A stretch of DNA of 64,000 bases from a virus (taxonomy: Duplodnaviria > Caudoviricetes). Shown in pieces: positions 48,096 through 56,233 of the stretch (within the stretch, counting starts at the first letter, position 1; each line of letters begins with the position of its first letter). The notes below the pieces were generated by a model that did not search any database, had not been told where the DNA came from, and saw nothing but the letters and a program-made list of their open reading frames with translations. The position numbers were made by a program, and so were the translations under genes. The DNA is taken from IMG/VR virus record IMGVR_UViG_3300044846_003573; one strand, given 5' to 3'.

Positions 48096-49144
48096 TGAAA
48101 ATTATTATTACAGAAGAACAATATAAACGATTATTAACAGAATCACTTGGTGTTAATGAACCTGCAATTGAATATACTAATTTTATATATAATTTATTAG
48201 AACCAATTGCTATTGAAATGATTGATTTGGGTAAAAAAAAGATTGAAGAAATTGATATCACAGTAAAAGAGTTACTTAACTTTATTAAGAGTGACCCTGA
48301 AACATTCCAAGAATTACCAATTGAAGAGTTAGAACTTGATTTAGTATTTATACCTACAAAAAATGAATTAATCGGTGATAAACCATTTGCAGTTGGTGGT
48401 GGTTATTATGATTTGTTGGATGAGGAAAATGGGGGTTCATATATAATTGACTCATCATTTAGAATACCAAAAGACATACTTCAGGATGTACCAAAGACCA
48501 TTCATGCTAAATTACAATTTGAAATATATGTTAATCCATCATTTGACGAGACAATGATGGATGATTTGTTGTTTGATTTAAGAGATACAATTACTCACGA
48601 AGTTAATCATCTATATGAATCTTATAAAAGATGGGAAAACACTGGTAGAGGTAGTAACAACTTAGTTAAATCTTTTGCTGGAACAAAGAATGTCAATACG
48701 CCAAAAGTTATTTTCCAAGTGTATAGTAAATTTTTAAACTTTTTGTATTATTCAGAGCCTTGGGAAATTAATGCAAACGTACAGGAAGCGTTTTCAAAGA
48801 TTAGTAGAATGAGTTTTGATGACTTTAAAAAAACTAGTCAATGGGAGATTGCTAACGATATGGAAAATTACTCGGCTGACGGACTATTTGAAGAATTAAT
48901 TAAGACTGCTGAAAGTAAAGACCCTGACACAGTAGATTATCATATTAGAAATTTACATAAGTTTTATCTTAAACAATATAAAAAATATGACGAATCATAT
49001 AGAGAAGCTAATGATATTAAAGATACTGTTTATAAGACCAAAAACTTACTTGATTTATTTAGAAAATATGAAAAAAGAATTAATTTAGCGGGTAAAAAAC
49101 TAAAAAAGAATTACACTAGATTATATGCAATTGAAAAATCTTAA
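48095..49144 (+). CDS. hypothetical protein with HExxH zinc motif
   Basis: TITHEVNHLYE, downstream EINA; MKIIITEEQ N-terminus. Confidence 0.55.
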   Translation: MKIIITEEQYKRLLTESLGVNEPAIEYTNFIYNLLEPIAIEMIDLGKKKIEEIDITVKELLNFIKSDPETFQELPIEELELDLVFIPTKNELIGDKPFAVGGGYYDLLDEENGGSYIIDSSFRIPKDILQDVPKTIHAKLQFEIYVNPSFDETMMDDLLFDLRDTITHEVNHLYESYKRWENTGRGSNNLVKSFAGTKNVNTPKVIFQVYSKFLNFLYYSEPWEINANVQEAFSKISRMSFDDFKKTSQWEIANDMENYSADGLFEELIKTAESKDPDTVDYHIRNLHKFYLKQYKKYDESYREANDIKDTVYKTKNLLDLFRKYEKRINLAGKKLKKNYTRLYAIEKS

Positions 49145-49556
49145 CATATTATTATTTATTTTACTATTCACATCTTGTGCTAGTTTTGAAAACCTAACAG
49201 ACGACAGAACAAGACCTGAAGATGATGAAATGTATTGGAACAGGACTGAAGAGTTTTGGGTGACACATCACGAACCAAAGGAAAGACCGGTATCAAGTGA
49301 GGATTACTATGGTAACAGAGTTGTATTACCCCCAACTTATTACAACAACTATCCTGATTATAACTACTATAATAGAAACAACAATTATTACCCAACGTAT
49401 AACTATCAACAGACTACACTACCATTACCACCACCTCCACCACCACAACACAACAACCCTTCACCGACTATTAATACTCCTAAACCAAATGTAACTCATT
49501 ATAAAAGAAATAATGAACCGCAAAGAGGTAATTCTAAACCTGGTGTTAGACGATGA
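49125..49556 (+). CDS. lipoprotein with Pro/Asn/Tyr-rich low-complexity tail
   Basis: lipobox LFTSC. Confidence 0.6.
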   Translation: MQLKNLNILLFILLFTSCASFENLTDDRTRPEDDEMYWNRTEEFWVTHHEPKERPVSSEDYYGNRVVLPPTYYNNYPDYNYYNRNNNYYPTYNYQQTTLPLPPPPPPQHNNPSPTINTPKPNVTHYKRNNEPQRGNSKPGVRR

Positions 49557-49960
49557 ATAAAGAACTTAACGGGATAAATAAATTTCTTGATGGTAAAACT
49601 TTTGTTTACGACCATCGTGTTAGTTTCAGTGAAAAACCTGTAAAGGGTTATTATCAATTCCATATAGATAAAGTTGGTCAGTTAATAAGTATTGGTGAAA
49701 TGAAAGACCACCTTTTTGTATCGGTTAAGTTGGTTAATGGTGAAGGTATGGTTAATTTTTATTTATCCGCTTTTGGCAATAAACAAAAGATAACTGGAAG
49801 AGACCTTGTTAATAAACAATGGTATGAGTTTTCAGTTCAAATAGGTCATGACATTGAGGAATTCCTTAAATTCTTTAGTATTGATATGCCTGTCGTTGTT
49901 GATAACTTAGAATTTACCCCATCAAAAGATTTTGTTCCATTAATTATTTTGCCAAGTTAG
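49553..49960 (+). CDS. hypothetical protein
   Basis: ORF track. Confidence 0.65.
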   Translation: MNKELNGINKFLDGKTFVYDHRVSFSEKPVKGYYQFHIDKVGQLISIGEMKDHLFVSVKLVNGEGMVNFYLSAFGNKQKITGRDLVNKQWYEFSVQIGHDIEEFLKFFSIDMPVVVDNLEFTPSKDFVPLIILPS

Positions 49961-49985
49961 AATAATTTCGTATCTTAGCTCCCTT

Positions 49986-50156
49986 ATGAGCGACAAAACT
50001 AAATTTACAAGAACCTACGAAACGGACGAGACCATTGCTGTTTGGACTTATGATTTGGATAAGTTCAAGAACGGTCCGATTTCTGTTGACATCAAATACA
50101 AATACGACCCTGACAGGAAACTTTCCAACAGGGAAAAATACTCAAAGAAAAAATGA
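49986..50156 (+). CDS. 56 aa hypothetical protein, missed by ORF track
   Basis: MSDKTKFTRTYETDETIAVWTYDLDKF...; stop overlaps the next ATG. Confidence 0.55.
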   Translation: MSDKTKFTRTYETDETIAVWTYDLDKFKNGPISVDIKYKYDPDRKLSNREKYSKKK

Positions 50157-50725
50157 AAGTAATCTTTTTAGACCACGATGGAGTTATCTGTTTATCTGAT
50201 AACTGGGGGTCACGATTTAAGAAACAAAAAAAGGCTAGACGAAAGTTAAGTCAATCAGTAATGACAATGCCTCTTGATGCTCGTTTTGATAACTTTGATA
50301 AGAAAGCAATCAAGGTATTGAATGAAATCTTGGAACAGACTGGCGCTGAAATTGTTGTCTCTTCTGACTGGAAAGTTTGGTGTTCAGTTGAAGAGATGGG
50401 TGATTACTATGAGAAACAAGGTATCATCAAACGACCAATTGATTTTACAACCAATACGATTGATGGGGAAAAAGTTACCTGGCACCGAAATTGGGATTTG
50501 GAAGGAACAAGAAGTGTACAAATCCAAGAATGGTTAAAGGAACATCCCGAAGTTACACATTGGGTGGCGATTGATGATTTGGAGATGGGAAAGACTGGAC
50601 TACGTTACTCAATGGAATATGAACACGAATGGGGACTTGATAACTTTGTCTTAACACCTTTGAACAATGAGGGTATCAAACAACTTGGGGTTAAAGAAAA
50701 GGTATTATCCTTTTTGGAAGGGTAA
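50153..50725 (+). CDS. HAD phosphatase, RNA-repair (Swiss-army-knife HAD_SAK_2) type
   Basis: IFLDHDGV, IVVSSDWK, WVAIDD. Confidence 0.8.
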   Translation: MKVIFLDHDGVICLSDNWGSRFKKQKKARRKLSQSVMTMPLDARFDNFDKKAIKVLNEILEQTGAEIVVSSDWKVWCSVEEMGDYYEKQGIIKRPIDFTTNTIDGEKVTWHRNWDLEGTRSVQIQEWLKEHPEVTHWVAIDDLEMGKTGLRYSMEYEHEWGLDNFVLTPLNNEGIKQLGVKEKVLSFLEG

Positions 50726-50737
50726 TATTTATTTAAT

Positions 50738-51295
50738 ATGAAATACCTAATATCAGAGGAACAAAATAAATTTTTGAAGGAAGAGTTGGATAAACCAAAT
50801 TTTAAAAATTTGATTAAGAAATTGTTTGAGAAACAAGTTAGTAAAGGTGAACAACCACATATTAATGATATGATTATGGATTTCTTTGAAGTTGATGTGT
50901 GGGAAAGAGACTTTAATATCCTGATTGAATTGTTAAGGGATTTCTTGGGTAGGGAACAATCGGTTAAATTGACTGAAGAACTATTACAGAAAACCTTTAA
51001 AACAGACCGATATAACTTTTCAGGTGGATACAGTTTTGATTTCAGAGCTAAAATAATAGACCAAGAAGATGAAGAATATTTTAAAGTAGATGTTTATATT
51101 TTACCGGGTAGTGAGGTGGATTTAATAATGACAGGTGACGGAGTTCGTGATTTAAAACAAGCTCTTAACGACCAATCTATTGGATTTGAAATTGAAAGTG
51201 AAGTGAAAGAAATTATTGATGAAATTTTTACAGAAGAAATTACCTATAAGACTGGTGTTGTTGTGGATTTAGAAACACTTATTATTCAGGAGTAA
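50738..51295 (+). CDS. hypothetical protein (MKYLISEEQ motif)
   Basis: ORF; TATTTAT upstream. Confidence 0.7.
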   Translation: MKYLISEEQNKFLKEELDKPNFKNLIKKLFEKQVSKGEQPHINDMIMDFFEVDVWERDFNILIELLRDFLGREQSVKLTEELLQKTFKTDRYNFSGGYSFDFRAKIIDQEDEEYFKVDVYILPGSEVDLIMTGDGVRDLKQALNDQSIGFEIESEVKEIIDEIFTEEITYKTGVVVDLETLIIQE

Positions 51296-51951
51296 GGTAA
51301 CATATAATTAGTATTCACATGCCAACCCATCCAGTTAAAATCAACAAAAGATTTGTTGTTTGTTATATCCTCAGTTAGACATCCCCATATTAGCTCATCA
51401 ATATGGTGGTCAAACTTATCGTGAAGTATGTCAAGTATTTCATCTTCATCAAATCCATAGTAAACTTCACCATCTAATGTTATTTCCATAGATTTAACTA
51501 ATAAATTAACGTCTATGACAATCATTTCGGCATCAACTTCAATATAAAAGTCTTTAGAAAAACGACCTTCAAGAGTTATTTTTTTACGTTCATATTGGGA
51601 ATCTAATTTAAATGGTTTTCCCACAAGACAACTATTAATTTCATTTAAACTTTTTTGTGGGATATATAAATTATCGCAATCTAAATAATATAAAAATTGT
51701 GGAGCGATGTTAACCTCAGGAAAAAATTTTCTTAACGAATGTATTTCTTCATCAATGTAACCTGAGAGAGCTTCATGGGTGTATGGTAAGTTTTTAGGGT
51801 TTTCTATTGTATAGACAGGTACTTTTTTGTAATGAAATGATTTTTTTTCTTCACCTGTTAAATGCAATGTTATACCATCTGCGTTAATTACAGAAAACAT
51901 TTTAACAACAGTGTCCATTAATCTTTTTAGTTGTAATTCACTAGTGTTCAT
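51286..51951 (-). CDS. hypothetical protein
   Basis: ORF track. Confidence 0.7.
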   Translation of the reverse strand: MNTSELQLKRLMDTVVKMFSVINADGITLHLTGEEKKSFHYKKVPVYTIENPKNLPYTHEALSGYIDEEIHSLRKFFPEVNIAPQFLYYLDCDNLYIPQKSLNEINSCLVGKPFKLDSQYERKKITLEGRFSKDFYIEVDAEMIVIDVNLLVKSMEITLDGEVYYGFDEDEILDILHDKFDHHIDELIWGCLTEDITNNKSFVDFNWMGWHVNTNYMLPYS

Positions 51952-52006
51952 ATTATGTAAATAGTAATAATTTTATTTAAAATTTGAAACTAAAATGAAA
52001 AAAAAC

Positions 52007-52037
52007 TTGACATAAGAAGAAATTTATAGTACTTTTG
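52007..52037 (+). promoter_or_regulatory. tRNA-array promoter TTGAC-N18-TACTTTTG
   Basis: same spacing as the large-RNA promoters. Confidence 0.75.
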
Positions 52038-52065
52038 TAAAACAATTGATATTTAATTAGAAACA

Positions 52066-52179
52066 ATGAAACAGAACTCAACACATAACGTAAGTAATCT
52101 CCCGACAAACGTGGGCCAATCGTGGTTTACGATTAAGGGGCAGGATTGCCGTAAGTTCAGGGTTCTTAATAAGATGTAA
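52066..52179 (+). CDS. putative leader peptide, 37 aa MKQNSTHNVSNLPTNVGQSWFTIKGQDCRKFRVLNKM
   Basis: manual translation; A at -3; contains the antiterminator strand AAGTTCAGGGTT at 52153-52164. Confidence 0.6.
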   Translation: MKQNSTHNVSNLPTNVGQSWFTIKGQDCRKFRVLNKM

Positions 52180-52239
52180 TCGTATCATCAAATATATAAG
52201 GAAACCCTGGACTACAAAAAAGTTCAGGGTTTTTTTTTT
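52153..52239 (+). terminator. terminator with competing antiterminator (attenuator)
   Basis: AACCCTGGACT (52203-52213) can form 11 bp with AGTTCAGGGTT at 52221 (followed by a U tract) or with the identical copy at 52154. Confidence 0.7.
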
Positions 52240-52310
52240 GGGATAAAAGCACATAAGGATGTGCGGCTGCTAGACGGCAGAGGGCTTGGGTTCGAATCCC
52301 AGATATTCCA
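52240..52310 (+). tRNA. tRNA-like/pseudo-tRNA with 6-nt anticodon loop
   Basis: D stem gcac/gtgc, T arm ttggg-ttcgaat-cccag; anticodon arm ctgc-tagacg-gcag. Confidence 0.5.
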
Positions 52311-52315
52311 CAGTG

Positions 52316-52324
52316 GTTCTTTGA
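52316..52324 (+). promoter_or_regulatory. boxA-like element
   Basis: GTTCTTTGA at the start of the tRNA run; also at 41864 and 56396. Confidence 0.5.
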
Positions 52325-52338
52325 CGTATTGGGAAAAT

Positions 52339-52410
52339 GGTGATGTAGCTCAGAGGGAGAGCATCTGATTGTTAATCAGAGGGTCGGGATTTCGAAATTC
52401 CCCATCACCG
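52339..52410 (+). tRNA. trnN: tRNA-Asn(GTT)
   Basis: cloverleaf, loop tt-GTT-aa. Confidence 0.9.
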
Positions 52411-52420
52411 CAAAAATAAT

Positions 52421-52495
52421 GACTTCGTAGCTCAGCTGGTTTAGAGCACCTCACTTTTAATGAGGGAGTCGTGGGTTCGAGTCCCACCGGGGTCA
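52421..52495 (+). tRNA. trnK: tRNA-Lys(TTT)
   Basis: cloverleaf, loop ct-TTT-aa. Confidence 0.92.
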
Positions 52496-52571
52496 CTTTT
52501 TTAATTAGGTGGTAAAACATACGTTCAGGTGAACTTTACTAATTTTTCTGATATTTATTAATAAATGAATT

Positions 52572-53030
52572 ATGAAATTATCAGGAGTAACAAAAGAACA
52601 AATGTTTGAAGTATTATCTTCATCAAAATCAATGAGAGAAGTTATTCTTTCATTTGGATTACAACCTAATGGTTCCGGGGGATATCGGAACATTAAACGA
52701 AAAATAATGGAACTTGGGTTAGAAATCCCAAAGTATAATTACTTTGGTGAGGGTTCTAAAAAAAGAAGACATAATGATGAAAATGTTTTTTGTGAGAATT
52801 CTCAGTTTCCAAGACAACATCTTAAAAAAAGAATTATTAATAATAAAATAATTGATTATATATGCGAAAAATGTAATAATAGTGGGCAATGGGAGGGAAA
52901 TGATTTATCATTACATTTAGACCATAAGAATGGTATAAATGACGATAATAGAATTGAAAATCTGAGATTTCTTTGTCCTAATTGTCATTCACAAACCCCG
53001 ACATATGCGGGTAAATCAAGGAAAAAATAA
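52572..53030 (+). mobile_element. HNH homing endonuclease inserted between tRNAs
   Basis: CEKC..LHLDHKNG..DDNRIENLRFLCPNCHSQT; own TATTTAT motif. Confidence 0.9.
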
Positions 53031-53034
53031 ACAC

Positions 53035-53106
53035 ACGTCTGTAGCTCAGGGGCAGAGCACTTCTCTCCAAAAGAAGGTGTCGGGATTTCGAAATTCTCCA
53101 GACGTG
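53035..53106 (+). tRNA. trnW: tRNA-Trp(CCA)
   Basis: cloverleaf, loop ct-CCA-aa. Confidence 0.9.
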
Positions 53107-53112
53107 CAACAA

Positions 53113-53186
53113 GCCTCCATAGCTCAGCAGGTCAGAGCGACTGATTTGTAATCAGTAGGTCGTTGGTTCGATTCCGACTGGAGGCT
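53113..53186 (+). tRNA. trnT: tRNA-Thr(TGT)
   Basis: cloverleaf, loop tt-TGT-aa. Confidence 0.92.
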
Positions 53187-53193
53187 CTAACAT

Positions 53194-53268
53194 TCTCACG
53201 TAGCTCAGTTGGTTTAGAGTTTTTGACTGATATTCAAAAGGTCGTTGGTTCGATTCCAACCGTGAGAA
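53194..53268 (+). tRNA. trnI: tRNA-Ile(GAT)
   Basis: cloverleaf, loop ct-GAT-at. Confidence 0.88.
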
Positions 53269-53276
53269 CTTAAAAA

Positions 53277-53353
53277 CGAGTAGTTGGGGAGTCCGGTTAC
53301 CCCGCTTGCTTTGGGAGCAAGAGAACTCGCAGGTTCGAATCCTGCCTACTCGA
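53277..53353 (+). tRNA. trnP: tRNA-Pro(TGG)
   Basis: cloverleaf, loop tt-TGG-ga. Confidence 0.9.
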
Positions 53354-53360
53354 CTATGAT

Positions 53361-53435
53361 GGGGGTGCATGTACCAAGGCTTGGCGAGAAACACTTGCAA
53401 TGTTTCTGAGGTCGTTTCGATTACGACCATCTCCA
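53361..53435 (+). tRNA. trnA: tRNA-Ala(TGC), atypical D arm
   Basis: loop ct-TGC-aa; G3:U70 present. Confidence 0.8.
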
Positions 53436-53441
53436 CAACTT

Positions 53442-53515
53442 AGCCCCTTAGCTCAGTGGTTTAGAGCGATTGTCTTACAAACAATAGGTCGTGTGTTCGA
53501 TTCACACAGGGGCTA
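53442..53515 (+). tRNA. trnV: tRNA-Val(TAC)
   Basis: cloverleaf, loop ct-TAC-aa. Confidence 0.92.
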
Positions 53516-53588
53516 CATTAATCCGGTATAAATCAGTATTATTTTTACCGGAACAACAAAAAAGTTTGTATATTAGCAAACGAAATAT

Positions 53589-53661
53589 GGAGCGGTTACC
53601 AACGTGGTCAAGGTGAACGACTGAAAATCGTTTTATGAGAGTTCGATTCTCTCCCGCTCCA
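53589..53661 (+). tRNA. trnF: tRNA-Phe(GAA)
   Basis: cloverleaf, loop ct-GAA-aa. Confidence 0.88.
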
Positions 53662-53662
53662 C

Positions 53663-53815
53663 GAGGTCCTGAATTGACAGGACAACCCCCACCTCCGATA
53701 TGGCAGTCGGTCCGTTAATCCGACGAAGATGGGGTTTTTAAAAAGTGTCTCGGTACGCTCTGACGAAAGTCAACGACGAGGTCTCGGTGGACAGAAGGCC
53801 TCTGATTCCACCCAA
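53663..53815 (+). ncRNA. unidentified structured RNA(s) including an H-type pseudoknot
   Basis: gtcctg/caggac, aacccc/ggggtt, gtcgg/ccgac, tgac-gaaa-gtca; pseudoknot gaggtc/ggcctc plus ggtgga/tccacc (53778-53812). Confidence 0.5.
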
Positions 53816-53818
53816 ACT

Positions 53819-53894
53819 GCGGGTGTCGTATAACGGCTTATTATGACTGGCTTCCAACCAGTAGACGGGGTTTCGATTACCCCCACCCGCTCCA
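53819..53894 (+). tRNA. trnG: tRNA-Gly(TCC), CCA encoded
   Basis: loop ct-TCC-aa. Confidence 0.88.
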
Positions 53895-53899
53895 TATAC

Positions 53900-53986
53900 G
53901 GTCACGGCGCATAACGGCTGTTGCGCTACCCTGTCACGGTAGTAAGTAGGTAAACGAAAAAGTGGGTTCGACTCCCATCGTGACCG
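53900..53986 (+). tRNA. trnD: tRNA-Asp(GTC) with ~19-nt variable region
   Basis: loop ct-GTC-ac; unstructured A-rich expanded variable loop. Confidence 0.75.
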
Positions 53987-54053
53987 CAGGAAAAAAGAAT
54001 ATCACGGGTTCGATTTTAATGAAACCCGTGATATTTATAATAAAAGGAATGAT

Positions 54054-54875
54054 ATGAACAAGTGTTTGAATTGTGGAAAACCAGTGAAAAATAAATACTG
54101 CAATGTTTCTTGTCAAAATACTCATACTTGGACTGGAAAAAAACGGAAAAAAGAAAGTATTGAGAGACAAAAAGAATCTAATAAAAATCTATGGAAAGAA
54201 TTTGATGTTGAATGTTCGGTTTGTGGTAAGGAGTTTAAAATAAAAGAATTTAATGTTGAGTCCCCCAAAAAAGAAAAATACTATTGTGGTAGGTCTTGTG
54301 CAAATAAAAGAGTTTGGGATAGTCAACATAAAGAAAAATTAAGTAATATTTGTAAGAACTCTGATAAGGTAATTAGTGCTAATCGTGAAATTGGTAAAAA
54401 GAAAAAAGAAAAATCAATTAAAATTAAAAAAGGTGATTGTCTTTATTGTGGTGAGGCGTTGTATAAATCAAAAAAATATCATTCGGAATGTTGGTTGAAA
54501 TGTTCAGGGGGTATTAAAGAAGGTACAAGTCGAGGTAAATCAGGATGGTATAAGGGATATTGGTGTGATAGTAGTTATGAGTTGGCTTGGATTATCTATC
54601 AGATAGATAACGGACAAAAATTTGAAAGGAATAAAGAAGGGTTTGACTACACACACTCAAACAAAACTCGTAAATTTTATCCTGATTTTATATTACCTGA
54701 TAAAACTTATGTTGAAATTAAAAATTATAAGTCAGAATTAACTGATGATAAAATAAAACACTTCCCACATAAAATTGAGGTGATTTATAAAGAAGAAATG
54801 AAAGAAAAATATTTACCATACGTTACTTCAAAGTACGGTAAAAATTTTATATCATTATATCATAAAGAGGAGTAA
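54054..54875 (+). mobile_element. putative homing endonuclease (zinc-finger repeats plus PD-(D/E)xK/TnsA-N-like domain)
   Basis: CLNC..YCNVSC, YCGRSC; CDSSYE...FYPDFIL...YVEIK; own TATTTAT motif. Confidence 0.75.
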
Positions 54876-54921
54876 CTTGCGTAGGTGCCTCAGGGGACTG
54901 CAGCCCCACTACGCTCCATAT

Positions 54922-54992
54922 TGTCCTGTAGTGAAATGGCATCACACAACATTTTGGATGTTGTATTTCTGGTTCGAGTCCAGACGGGATAA
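54922..54992 (+). tRNA. trnQ: tRNA-Gln(TTG)
   Basis: loop tt-TTG-ga. Confidence 0.88.
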
Positions 54993-55034
54993 CTATTTTT
55001 TGTTTTATTAATAAACTTACCTTATCTTTGTATT

Positions 55035-55469
55035 ATGAAAAAAGAATTTGTTACATACGAAATTGCTTCGGAACTCAAGAAACTTGGATTTGATGAACCT
55101 TGTTTTGGCAGATATGACGGAAGAGGTAAAAACAAAGGTAAAATTTGGTATGAAATGCCAAATTCAGGACAAGATACTATTCCTGTTGGTGATGTATTAG
55201 CACCACTATACCAACAGGTATTCAGATGGTTTGAAGAGAAGTATTCATACTTTGTGGATGTTAAAACTGACACCACACCAAATGAGATTTTGGGATTTGA
55301 TTATTATATCAAGAGTTGGAAGTTTGGACCAAAATATTTTAATTTCTTCAAAGAAAAGGAAGAAGGTAACATTAAGGTTATCAAGATAATGATTGAGATG
55401 GTGAAGAAAGAGAAACAAAAGGAAGCTCTTATTGAGTTGATGGATAATGATAAAGATTTAGATAAATAA
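55035..55469 (+). CDS. hypothetical protein
   Basis: ELKKLGFDEPC...APLYQQVFRWF pattern; TATCTTTG upstream. Confidence 0.7.
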   Translation: MKKEFVTYEIASELKKLGFDEPCFGRYDGRGKNKGKIWYEMPNSGQDTIPVGDVLAPLYQQVFRWFEEKYSYFVDVKTDTTPNEILGFDYYIKSWKFGPKYFNFFKEKEEGNIKVIKIMIEMVKKEKQKEALIELMDNDKDLDK

Positions 55470-55470
55470 T

Positions 55471-55776
55471 ATGACACAGAAACAACAAGACGCAATTGAT
55501 AACATAATGGACTACTTCAAGTTTGAACAAGTCCGAAAAGTAATGGAAGTGTTGAATTGGGAGTGGGCGGCTTCTGACGAAGGTATTCCAACGGTTCCTG
55601 AATTGAGACAAGAAGCAAGACGATTATTAAAGATGGCGTTTAAAGAAAAAACAGATGTATCAACAGGTGGGTTCCACGTAAGATATGAATCGGACGCTGA
55701 TGGTGGAGAGTTTATTCAATTAATCTTCGCGGTTGAAGAATGGTACGAAGATGTGGAAAAAGATTTGGTTGAATAA
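55471..55776 (+). CDS. hypothetical protein
   Basis: ORF track. Confidence 0.7.
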   Translation: MTQKQQDAIDNIMDYFKFEQVRKVMEVLNWEWAASDEGIPTVPELRQEARRLLKMAFKEKTDVSTGGFHVRYESDADGGEFIQLIFAVEEWYEDVEKDLVE

Positions 55777-55783
55777 GAAAAAC

Positions 55784-55846
55784 ATGGCATCAGGTATTGT
55801 AATTGGAATCTTCATAGGATGGTTAATATGGGGAAGAGAAGAATAA
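55784..55846 (+). CDS. 20 aa hydrophobic micro-peptide MASGIVIGIFIGWLIWGREE
   Basis: manual translation. Confidence 0.4.
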   Translation: MASGIVIGIFIGWLIWGREE

Positions 55847-55847
55847 A

Positions 55848-55895
55848 AAAAGATTTGGTGGAATAAGAAAGTTGTTATATCTTTGTTGAAGTTCA
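55848..55895 (+). repeat. repeated promoter module (copy 2 at 56352-56399)
   Basis: AAAAAGATTTGGTGGAAT-n13-TATCTTTGTTGAAGTTC at both sites. Confidence 0.75.
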
Positions 55896-55922
55896 TTAAG
55901 AGATAAATAAAATAATTAGTAT

Positions 55923-56129
55923 ATGCAACATTCGGTAAAAGAAATTGCCAAAAGATACTCAGAATTGTCTGACCTCAGAAAAGATAAAAAAAGATTTGTT
56001 GAATCTAATTTTATCCAATTTGCAAAGGACAATCAACGTAAGTATACCCTTACTGAAAATGGGGATGACTTGATGGTTAGCACTTGGCATTCAAATGACT
56101 TGATTGAAGATTACCGAAAAACGTTGTAA
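55923..56129 (+). CDS. hypothetical protein
   Basis: ORF track. Confidence 0.65.
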   Translation: MQHSVKEIAKRYSELSDLRKDKKRFVESNFIQFAKDNQRKYTLTENGDDLMVSTWHSNDLIEDYRKTL

Positions 56130-56135
56130 AAAAAT

Positions 56136-56226
56136 AGTCAGGTGGACGTAATGAGGGAGGGACCCAAATCCGTAAGGTTGTCTAATCCGTCAAGAACGGT
56201 ATCCGGTTCGAGTCCGGCCCTGACTA
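56136..56226 (+). ncRNA. tRNA-like RNA, AGTCAGG family copy A
   Basis: acceptor agtcagg/cctgact-A, T arm ccgg-ttcgagt-ccgg, variable-arm-like ccgt/acgg; no canonical anticodon arm. Confidence 0.7.
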
Positions 56227-56233
56227 CTAATAT

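Noticed and set aside
52496-53034. Group I intron harbouring the HNH gene
   Set aside because: The flanking tRNA-Lys and tRNA-Trp are each complete, and there is no intron core sequence. The gene is free-standing.
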